From NCBI GenBank assembly GCA_019118965.1, contig DWXZ01000130.1, positions 1-46,905 on the forward strand: a stretch of DNA of 46,905 nt, written 5' to 3'. This document shows, one piece after another, positions 37,030-44,757 of this stretch; positions within the stretch are counted from its first letter, which is position 1, and every line of letters begins with the position of its first letter. The notes beneath the pieces were generated by a model. The model saw only the letters and a program-made list of their open reading frames with translations. It searched no databases and was not told where the DNA came from. A program made the translations under genes and the position numbers. The stretch is from Candidatus Acutalibacter ornithocaccae. Its GTDB lineage: Bacteria > Bacillota > Clostridia > Oscillospirales > Acutalibacteraceae.

Positions 37030-38436
37030 ATGAAACTGAATGTAAAGCCGGTTTACGTCCACCTGGTCCACCGCTCCGCCTACATGGGCCCCTGCCGCGG
37101 CGGCACCTGGGAGCAGCTGGAGCGCTCTTACGACGAGATGATGGCGGCGGAGAATTTCGCCAAGATGAAGGAGGGCCTGGAGAAGGTCTACGGCAAGGAG
37201 AAGGACATCTGCCTGCAAGAGCCGGTGTACCTGGAGTTTTTGGACGAGTTCGTGGTGCGGGAGTCCCACTTTGAGAAGGTGAAGGACGAGGACACCGACG
37301 TGTTCCTGCTGGACGGCATGATGGGCCAGCACCTGGCTGTGAACATCGCCAAGCGCTACCGCAAGCCCATGGTCACGGTGGGCTGCTGCACCAGCACCGA
37401 CACCACCGCCTGCCTGCGGGCCGCCGGGTTCGAGGGCTACGGCAGCATCGACCTGGAGGGCACCAAGCCCATCCTCAAGACGCTGCTGGCCAAGAAGGCC
37501 ATTGCCAACACCCGGGTGCTCTCCATCTTGAAGGGGGACATCTGCTCCAAGGGCGTGGAAAGCAACATCCGGGACTTTGACCGCCTGACCAACCAGTGGG
37601 GCATTGGGTTTAAGTTCTTAAACGCCGAGGACTTCCTCCAGGAAATCAGCGGCCTGGACGCCCAGGAGCTGGAGCGCGCCGGCGCCCTTGCCGACGAGCT
37701 GATGGCCCAGGCGGAGGACTGCTCCATCTCCCGGGAGATGCTGGTCAACTCCACCAAGGTGTATGTGGCCACCAAGAAGCTGCTGGCGCGCTATGAATGC
37801 AACGCCTTTACGCTGCCCTGCTTTGAGATTTGCGCCACCGGCCGCATCAACAAGGAGAAGTACACCTGGTGCCTGACCCACTCCCTGCTGAAAGAGGAGG
37901 GCATCCCCTCTGCCTGCGAGTCGGACTACAACGCGCTGCTCTCCATGATCGTGGTGATGGCGGTGGCGGGCAACGCCCCCCACATGGCCAACACCCACCC
38001 GGCGCTTTCCTATGAAATTCCCCAGGATGTGCCCAACACCGGCAACCTGATTAAGCTGTACCACGCGGTGCCCACCCGCTACATGAAGGGCCGCGGCGGC
38101 CAGCCCGCCCCCTTTGGCCTGCACTGCTTTACCGAGGACCGCTGGGGCGCCACCATGCGCTACCACTACAACCAGGACATTGGCCAGACGGTGACCATGG
38201 TGCGCTTTAACCCCCAGGGCACCGGCCTGCTGGCGGCCCGGGGCGTCATCACCTGCGAGACGGGGTACGACAAGATTGGCTGCGACACCGGCCTGCTGGT
38301 GGACGTGGAAAACAAGCGGAAGTTCTTTAAGGTCCAGTGCAACTACGGCCATCACATGACCTGGGCTTACGGGGACATTGCCGAGCAGCTGGAGGACCTG
38401 GGCGAGGCCATGGGCTTCTCCGTGGAGCGTGTATGA
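37030..38436 (+). CDS. L-fucose/L-arabinose isomerase-like protein, Cys-rich (start may be 37021)
   Basis: CNAFTLPCFE, GIPSACESD, HMAN, LYHAVP, GQTVTMVRF, GCDT, YGHH C-terminal pattern of FucI/AraA-like proteins. Confidence 0.7.
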   Translation: MKLNVKPVYVHLVHRSAYMGPCRGGTWEQLERSYDEMMAAENFAKMKEGLEKVYGKEKDICLQEPVYLEFLDEFVVRESHFEKVKDEDTDVFLLDGMMGQHLAVNIAKRYRKPMVTVGCCTSTDTTACLRAAGFEGYGSIDLEGTKPILKTLLAKKAIANTRVLSILKGDICSKGVESNIRDFDRLTNQWGIGFKFLNAEDFLQEISGLDAQELERAGALADELMAQAEDCSISREMLVNSTKVYVATKKLLARYECNAFTLPCFEICATGRINKEKYTWCLTHSLLKEEGIPSACESDYNALLSMIVVMAVAGNAPHMANTHPALSYEIPQDVPNTGNLIKLYHAVPTRYMKGRGGQPAPFGLHCFTEDRWGATMRYHYNQDIGQTVTMVRFNPQGTGLLAARGVITCETGYDKIGCDTGLLVDVENKRKFFKVQCNYGHHMTWAYGDIAEQLEDLGEAMGFSVERV

Positions 38437-38834
38437 GCGCCCCTGTGCCCGACGTAAAGGCGGCCACCCAGCGGGCCCAGCAGGAGCTGGACTGGCTGCG
38501 CTGCCACAAAGAGGCCTCCCTGGAGGCCTGGCAGGAGCACGTGCGCGCCTATGTGCTGGAGCGCTTCCTGCTGGACCGGGAGGAAACGGAAGAGGGAATT
38601 ATCCCCCTGGCCCAGAAAAGCGTGGAAAAGCTGACGGGCATCCCCCGGGAGACGCTGGCCGCAGCGGACAGGCCCAGCGGCTGCACCGCCGCCACCGCCG
38701 TGCTGGACAAGAAAGTGCTGCTGATTTTAAGCCTGTGCAAGGGGCTTTCCGTCACCATCCCCGTGGCGGAGGCGCCTGCCATTCAGACCGTCCGCCAGCT
38801 GGCGGAAGCCTTGTACGAAAGGGTGAACCTGTGA
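38433..38834 (+). CDS. Small protein with a C-terminal acyl-carrier-protein-like segment lacking the canonical Ser
   Basis: ATGA overlap; KVLLILSLCKGLSVTIPVAEAPAIQTVRQL aligns by eye with ACP [30 protein letters not shown]. Confidence 0.6.
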   Translation: MSAPVPDVKAATQRAQQELDWLRCHKEASLEAWQEHVRAYVLERFLLDREETEEGIIPLAQKSVEKLTGIPRETLAAADRPSGCTAATAVLDKKVLLILSLCKGLSVTIPVAEAPAIQTVRQLAEALYERVNL

Positions 38835-40027
38835 TGAACCGGAAGGATTTCCCCCTGCTGGCGGATGGGAAGTGGGCTTATCTGGACAACGCCGCCACCA
38901 CCCAAAGGCCCCAGCCTGTGCTGGACGCCTTGATGGAGGCCGCTGTCACCTGCAACGCCAACGTCCACCGCAGCCCCCACGGCCTGGGCCGGGAGATGAC
39001 CCGCCGCTTTGAGGAGGCCCGGGACAAGGTGGGCCGCTTCTTCGGGGCGGGGGAAAACTACACCGTGGTGTTCACCAGCGGGGCCACGGGGGCCATCAAC
39101 CTGGTGGCCCACAGCTACCTGGAGGCCTTCTGCCAGCCGGGGGACAGGATTCTCACTTTGGGCAGCGAGCACCACTCCAACTTTGTGCCCTGGCAGCAGC
39201 TGTGCAAACGCCAGGGGCTGGACTTCCAGGTGGTGCCCATCCTGCCCAGCGGCCAGCCGGACTGGGCATGGTTCCGCCAGGCCCTCTCCCCTGCCACCAA
39301 GCTGGTGGCCCTGGCCCACGTGACCAACACCTTCGGCGTGGTGAACCCGTTGGAGGAGGTCATCCGCCTGGCCCATGAGCGGGGCATCCCCGTGCTGGTA
39401 GACGGCGCCCAGGCCGCTGGCCACCGCCCGGTGGGCGTGGAGCGGCTGGGCTGCGACTTCTACTGCGTCTCCGCCCACAAGATGTACGGCCCCACGGGCA
39501 TAGGAGCCCTGCTGGCCCGCACCCAGCTGCTGGAGCGGATGCCGCCCCTGCAATTTGGCGGGGAGATGGTGGAGCGGGTCACCGTGGAGGACACGCGCTT
39601 TCAGCCGCCGCCCTACCGCTTTGAGGCGGGCACCCCCCACTTTTTGGGGGCGGTGGGCTTTGCCGCGGCGGTGGATTACCTGGGGCAGGTGGGCTTGGAG
39701 CAGGCCGCCCGGGAGGAGCAAACCCTGGCCCGCGCCTTGTGGGAGGGGCTGCGGGCCATCCCCGGAGTGGAGCTGCCTGTGGCCGGGCCGCCCCAGGCGG
39801 GGATTGTGTCCTTCTCCCTGCCGCCCTTCCACCCCTATGACGTGGCGGTGCTGTTAGACCAGCAAGGGGTGGCCGTGCGCAGCGGCACCCACTGCGCCCA
39901 TCCCCTGTTCGACGCGTTGGGCATGCCCCAGGGCGTGGTGCGGGCCTCTTTGGGGCTGTACAACACCTTGGAGGATGTGGAACGCCTGTGCAGGGCGCTC
40001 CGGCGGGTTGCCGCCATCAAACTGTGA
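38834..40027 (+). CDS. sufS: Group II cysteine desulfurase / selenocysteine lyase (SufS/CsdA type)
   Basis: YLDNAATTQRP, ANVHR, EHHSNFVPW, DGAQA, SAHKMYGPTGIG (PLP Lys), FEAGTP, RSGTHCAHP (catalytic Cys); TGATG overlap. Confidence 0.92.
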   Translation: MNRKDFPLLADGKWAYLDNAATTQRPQPVLDALMEAAVTCNANVHRSPHGLGREMTRRFEEARDKVGRFFGAGENYTVVFTSGATGAINLVAHSYLEAFCQPGDRILTLGSEHHSNFVPWQQLCKRQGLDFQVVPILPSGQPDWAWFRQALSPATKLVALAHVTNTFGVVNPLEEVIRLAHERGIPVLVDGAQAAGHRPVGVERLGCDFYCVSAHKMYGPTGIGALLARTQLLERMPPLQFGGEMVERVTVEDTRFQPPPYRFEAGTPHFLGAVGFAAAVDYLGQVGLEQAAREEQTLARALWEGLRAIPGVELPVAGPPQAGIVSFSLPPFHPYDVAVLLDQQGVAVRSGTHCAHPLFDALGMPQGVVRASLGLYNTLEDVERLCRALRRVAAIKL

Positions 40028-40041
40028 AGGAGGCTGCTGTT

Positions 40042-40464
40042 ATGACGCTGCAGGAAAAACAGGAGGGGTACCTCCAAGAGCTGGGAAGCCTGGAGGATGA
40101 ATTCGACCAGTACACCTGGCTGATGCAGCTGGCCTGCCAGCGGCCGGAGCTGTGCCAGGTGGCCCACCAGGAGGAGCGCCGCTTTTTGGGGTGCCAGTCC
40201 AACCTGTGGGTGGAGCTGGGTTGCCAGGAGGGTAAGCTCTCCCTTTCGGTGGACAGCGACACCTTGATCGTCAAGGGCCTGGCGGTGATGCTGGCGGACA
40301 TCGTCACCGGCTGCACGCCCCAGGAGGTGGCCCAGGGGGACATCTCCCTGTACCAGAAGCTGGGGCTGGAGGTGGCGCTGACCTCTGTGCGGCGCAGCGG
40401 CTTCGCCCAGCTGGTGGGCTGGGTCCAGCGGCGGGCCGGAGAGCTGGCCCAGGAAACCCCTTGA
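40042..40464 (+). CDS. sufE: SufE/CsdE sulfur-acceptor protein
   Basis: RBS AAGGAGG; Y.WLMQLA, GCQSNLW (acceptor Cys), DSDTLIVKGL, LGLEVALTSVRRSGF. Confidence 0.9.
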   Translation: MTLQEKQEGYLQELGSLEDEFDQYTWLMQLACQRPELCQVAHQEERRFLGCQSNLWVELGCQEGKLSLSVDSDTLIVKGLAVMLADIVTGCTPQEVAQGDISLYQKLGLEVALTSVRRSGFAQLVGWVQRRAGELAQETP

Positions 40465-40489
40465 CAAGGGGGCGGGATTCCCGTATAAT
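40461..40489 (+). promoter_or_regulatory. Consensus sigma-A promoter of the MATE gene, overlapping the sufE stop
   Basis: TTGACA-17 bp-TATAAT. Confidence 0.8.
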
Positions 40490-40495
40490 AGCGCC

Positions 40496-40577
40496 TGTAA
40501 AACTTTTTGGGTGGATTTTTCCGGAGCAAGTCCCTTTTCGCCACACAGCTATTTTCACAAGCTGTGTGGCTTTTTTA
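40496..40577 (+). promoter_or_regulatory. 5' leader with an intrinsic terminator (attenuator, candidate riboswitch) before the MATE gene
   Basis: GCCACACAGC-loop-GCTGTGTGGC-TTTTTT at 40540-40576 lies between the promoter and the ATG. Confidence 0.6.
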
Positions 40578-40607
40578 TGCCATCCGCCCGACGCAAAGGA
40601 GCCTGCT

Positions 40608-41951
40608 ATGAACGACACCTTTATGAAGGAGCGGCCGGTGCTGCCGCTGCTGCTCTCTATGGGGCTGCCCATGGCCCTCTCCATGCTGGTAAATTCCCTG
40701 TACAACATTGTGGACAGCTTTTTCGTGGCGCAAATCAGCGAGGACGCCATGACGGCCCTCTCCCTGGTCTTCCCCATCCAGAACTTTATCAACGCGGTGG
40801 GCATTGGCTTTGGGGTGGGCATCAACGCCGTGATTTCCCTGCACCTGGGGGCGGGCCAGCGGGACGAGGCGGACCGGGCGGCCTCCCAGGGGCTGGCGCT
40901 GTCTTTGGTCCACGGGGTGGTGCTGACCGTGGGCGGCATAGCCCTGATGCCCGCCTTTTTGGGGATGTTCACCACCTCCCAGGCGGTGATTGGCCTGGGC
41001 ACGCGGTACTCCAACGTGGCATTTAGCTTTACCGTCATGATAATGCTGGGGCTGGTTTTTGAGAAGCTGTTCCAGTCCGTAGGCGCCATGAAAACCACCA
41101 TGGCCAGCATGCTGTGCGGCTGCGTGGCCAACATCCTGCTGGACCCGGTGCTGATTTTTGGCCTGGGGCCCTTCCCGGCGCTGGGCATAGAGGGCGCCGC
41201 CCTGGCCACGGGCATCGGCCAGACGCTGACCTTGGCTGTGTACCTGGCGGTGTACTTCCTGCGGCCCATCCAGGTGCGCATCCGCAGGAAATACCTGCGG
41301 CCCCGGGGGAACATGGCCAAGCGCCTGTACGCCATTGGCATCCCCGCCACCTTGAACCTGGCCCTGCCCTCCCTGCTGGTCTCGGCGCTGAACGCCATTC
41401 TGGCGGCTTACTCCCAGGTGTACATTTTGGTGCTGGGCATCTATTACAAGCTGCAGACATTCCTCTACCTGCCGGCCAACGGCATAGTGCAGGGGATGCG
41501 GCCCATCATCGGCTACAACTACGGCGCCGGGGAGCACAAGCGCGTGGGCCAGATTTACCACACGGTGCTGTGCCTGTGCGGGGGCATCATGCTGGCAGGC
41601 ACGGTGATTTGCCTGCTCCTTCCCAGCCAGCTGATGGGATTGTTCACCCAGACGCCGGAGACTATCCAGGTGGGGGCCCAGGCCCTGCGCATCATCAGCG
41701 GGGGCTTTCTGGTGTCGGCGGTGTCGGTGGCCTCCTGCGGGGCGCTGGAGGGTGTGGGCAAGGGCACGCCCTCCCTGGTGATTTCCCTGTGCCGGTACCT
41801 GGTGGTCATCGTCCCCGCGGCCTTTTTGCTGAGCCGGGCCTTTGGCCCCGTGGGCGTGTGGCACGCCTTCTGGGTGGCCGAGGCCCTCACCGCCCTGGTG
41901 GCCTGGGTGGTGTACCACCGGGCAATGGGGGCAAAAAAGATAAAAGGGTAA
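40608..41951 (+). CDS. MATE family efflux transporter
   Basis: RBS AAGGAG; LPMALSMLVNSLYNIVDSFFV, NILLDPVLIFG..PALGIEGAALATGIGQ, QGMRPIIGYNYGA. Confidence 0.93.
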   Translation: MNDTFMKERPVLPLLLSMGLPMALSMLVNSLYNIVDSFFVAQISEDAMTALSLVFPIQNFINAVGIGFGVGINAVISLHLGAGQRDEADRAASQGLALSLVHGVVLTVGGIALMPAFLGMFTTSQAVIGLGTRYSNVAFSFTVMIMLGLVFEKLFQSVGAMKTTMASMLCGCVANILLDPVLIFGLGPFPALGIEGAALATGIGQTLTLAVYLAVYFLRPIQVRIRRKYLRPRGNMAKRLYAIGIPATLNLALPSLLVSALNAILAAYSQVYILVLGIYYKLQTFLYLPANGIVQGMRPIIGYNYGAGEHKRVGQIYHTVLCLCGGIMLAGTVICLLLPSQLMGLFTQTPETIQVGAQALRIISGGFLVSAVSVASCGALEGVGKGTPSLVISLCRYLVVIVPAAFLLSRAFGPVGVWHAFWVAEALTALVAWVVYHRAMGAKKIKG

Positions 41952-41953
41952 AG

Positions 41954-41982
41954 AAAAGGCGCTGCCGGGACAGCGCTTTTTT
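41954..41982 (+). terminator. Terminator after the MATE gene
   Basis: AAAAGGCGCTG-CCGGGA-CAGCGCTTTTTT. Confidence 0.7.
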
Positions 41983-42078
41983 ATCCCCCAGCCCGTTCCC
42001 ACCGGCCCCTGGCTGTGCTATACTTAGGCTATCCCGGAAACGCCGGGGACTTTCTTTTGGGAAAGGCGGGTTTTTACC

Positions 42079-44721
42079 ATGAAGAACAAGACCATCCAAG
42101 CTTTGCTGGAAGGCCGGGAGGAAAACCACCAGCTGCCCTTCCTGTGGCTTCACGGGGAGGACGAGGCCGCCCTGCGCCAGATGATGGCCGTCATCCACGG
42201 GGCCAGCTGCGGGGCGGTGTGCCTGGAAAGCCGCACCCATCCGGACTTTTGCGGCCCACAGTGGTGGCACGATGTGGACATCATCCTAGAGGAGGCCAAG
42301 GCCCGGGGGATGCAGGTGTGGATTCTGGACGACAAGCACTATCCCAGCGGCATGGCCAACGGGGCGCTGCTCCAGGCGCCGGAGGAACTGTGCAGGCAGA
42401 ACATCTTCTGCAACCGGCTGGCCCTGGGGGAGGAGGCCGGGCCCGTGGTCCTCTCCCTGCGCCAGGCCGGCCTGCTGGAGGGCCCTGGCCCCACCCAGGA
42501 GGACATCCGCCAGAGCTTCCTCCCCGGGGAGCCTGCCCGGCGGTTTGACCCAGCCGGGGACAGAGTGCTCACCTTGCAGGCGGTGAAGGACGGGGCAGTT
42601 TTGGACCTCTCCCCCTTCCTCCAGGGGGAGGAGCTGCGCTGGAACAAGCCCGCCGGGGCCTGGGAGCTCCAGGTGGTGGCTGCCAGCCGGAACACGGGCT
42701 TCCACCGGGATTACATCAACATGCTGGACAAGGCAAGCGTCCGCCTGCTGCTGGAGGCTGTGTACGAGCCCCACTGGCAGCGCTATTCCCAGGAGTTTGG
42801 CAAGACCCTGGCCGGGTTCTTCTCCGACGAGCCCAACCTGGGCAACGGCCCCACCTACACCAAGGGCAACACCTTGGGCTGCGGCCAGGATTTGCCCTGG
42901 AGCCGGGAGCTGGAATCCGCCTTGGAGGAAAGCTGGGGCCCAGGCTGGCGGCGGGAGCTGCCCCGGCTGTTCTCCCAGGACAGCAGCGAGGAAACGGCCC
43001 GGTTCCACACGGCCTACATGGATTTGGTGACAAAGCTGGTGCGGGAGGACTTCAGCCAGCAGGTGGCGGACTGGTGCCATCAGCGGGGGGTGGCGTACAT
43101 CGGCCACGTCATCGAGGATGACGGCCAGCACTGCCGCACCGGCTCCAGCCTGGGGCACTTCTTCCGGGGGCTCCAGGGCCAGGACATGGCGGGCATCGAC
43201 GACATCGGCGGCCAGGTGCTGCCCCAGGGGGAGAACGGCCCCGCCCTGAACCCCAAGGGCCGCCCCCGCAACGGGGAGTTCTACCACTACGGCCTGGGCA
43301 CCTTGGCGGCCAGCTCCGCGGCCCTTGAGCCGGGCAAGGCAGGCAACGCCATGTGCGAGATTTTCGGCAACTACGGATGGCAGGAGGGCGTCCGGCTGGA
43401 GAAGTACCTGGCGGACCACTTTTTGGTGCGGGGCATCGACTACTTTGTGCCCCACGCCTTTACCGGGCACCCCTTCCCCGACCCGGACTGCCCGCCCCAC
43501 TTCTACGCCCAGGGCCACAACCCCCAGTACCGGCACTTTGGCAAGCTGCTGCAAGCCATGAACCGGGTGGCCACGGTGACTTCCAGCGGGCCCCACCGGG
43601 TGGAGGCGGCGGTGCTCTACCACGGGGAAAGCGAGTGGTGCGACCCCCAGGCCATGGCCTTCGAGCACGCTTTGCGTCCCCTGTACGACCAGCAAATCCA
43701 CTGCCATGTGGTGCCTGTCGACGTATTCGCTGAGCCGGAGCGCTACCACACCCAGCTGGGCAATCCCTTGGTTATCAACGGGCGGCGGTACCAGGCTTTT
43801 GTGGTGCCGGGGGCCAAGAGGCTTCCCGCCGCGGCGGCAGCTGGGCTGGAAGCTTTAGTCCAGGCGGGGCTGCCGGTGTTCTTCGCTGGGGAGATGCCCC
43901 TGGGCCTGTGCGAGGGCGGGCCTCTCCCCTCCGCCCTGGAAGCCTGCCCCGTTTTGGAGCCCGCCGCTTTGCCCGGCGCTTTGCGGAAAGCTGGAGTGGC
44001 AGCGCCGGCGGCGTCCCCGGCCTGCGACAGGCTGCGGCTGCTGGTGGTGGAGGGCGAATCCCCCTGCGTGGTGCTCTCCAACGAGGGAACGGAGCCCTAC
44101 GTGGGCACGGTGTCCTTCCCCGGGCTGGAGGGGCCCTGCTTCTGGTACGACCCCTGGCACAACCGCTGCCAGAGGGCCCTCTCTGAAACGACGGCGGCAG
44201 GGCTGGAAGTCCAGGTGGAGGTGGAGCCCCTGCAATTGCGGGTGCTGGCTTTGGGCCAGGCCCCGGCGGAGCTGCACACCCCCTGGGAGAAGGGCCAAGA
44301 GCTGGCATTGCGGGGGTGGAAGCGCTCCCTGTGCGCGGGGGTGGAGTACCCCGCCTTTGGCCCGGCTGTGCCGGTGGAGCTCCCCGACCAGCTGGCCCAG
44401 GAGCTGCCGGAGTTTTCCGGGTACGCCCGGTATGAGGCAGCTTTCCAGCTGGGGGAGGAAGGGCCTTTGGTGCTGGAGCTCTCCGACGCGGCAGAGGGCG
44501 TGGAGGTGTTCCTGAACGGGGAGAGCCAGGGCCTGCAAATCGCCCCGCCCTTCCGGTATGAGCTGCGGGGCCAGGCTGGGGAAAATCTGCTGGCCATTGA
44601 GGTGGCCACCACGCTGGAGCGCTACTGCCACGCCATCCAGGCGGGGGGCCCGGACCGGGAGCCCTGCTGCGGCGGCGGCCTGACCGGGACGGCGCGGCTG
44701 TTCCTCGGCAAGAACACATAA
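42079..44721 (+). CDS. GH106-like (alpha-L-rhamnosidase-related) glycoside hydrolase
   Basis: LPFLWLHGE, LESRTHPDF..PQWW, WILDDKHYPSG.ANG, FGKTLAGFFSDEP, WC..RGVAYIGHVIED, MAGIDDIG, CEIFGNYGW, PDCPPHFYA. Confidence 0.7.
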   Translation: MKNKTIQALLEGREENHQLPFLWLHGEDEAALRQMMAVIHGASCGAVCLESRTHPDFCGPQWWHDVDIILEEAKARGMQVWILDDKHYPSGMANGALLQAPEELCRQNIFCNRLALGEEAGPVVLSLRQAGLLEGPGPTQEDIRQSFLPGEPARRFDPAGDRVLTLQAVKDGAVLDLSPFLQGEELRWNKPAGAWELQVVAASRNTGFHRDYINMLDKASVRLLLEAVYEPHWQRYSQEFGKTLAGFFSDEPNLGNGPTYTKGNTLGCGQDLPWSRELESALEESWGPGWRRELPRLFSQDSSEETARFHTAYMDLVTKLVREDFSQQVADWCHQRGVAYIGHVIEDDGQHCRTGSSLGHFFRGLQGQDMAGIDDIGGQVLPQGENGPALNPKGRPRNGEFYHYGLGTLAASSAALEPGKAGNAMCEIFGNYGWQEGVRLEKYLADHFLVRGIDYFVPHAFTGHPFPDPDCPPHFYAQGHNPQYRHFGKLLQAMNRVATVTSSGPHRVEAAVLYHGESEWCDPQAMAFEHALRPLYDQQIHCHVVPVDVFAEPERYHTQLGNPLVINGRRYQAFVVPGAKRLPAAAAAGLEALVQAGLPVFFAGEMPLGLCEGGPLPSALEACPVLEPAALPGALRKAGVAAPAASPACDRLRLLVVEGESPCVVLSNEGTEPYVGTVSFPGLEGPCFWYDPWHNRCQRALSETTAAGLEVQVEVEPLQLRVLALGQAPAELHTPWEKGQELALRGWKRSLCAGVEYPAFGPAVPVELPDQLAQELPEFSGYARYEAAFQLGEEGPLVLELSDAAEGVEVFLNGESQGLQIAPPFRYELRGQAGENLLAIEVATTLERYCHAIQAGGPDREPCCGGGLTGTARLFLGKNT

Positions 44722-44757
44722 AGAAAAGTGCCGTCCAGGGGCCTGGGCGGCATTTGT

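Noticed and set aside
38834-40464. Calling sufS-sufE the housekeeping SUF operon or a csdA-csdE-tcdA locus
   Set aside because: No sufBCD/sufU or ThiF-family gene is adjacent, and the pair is coupled to unrelated upstream genes
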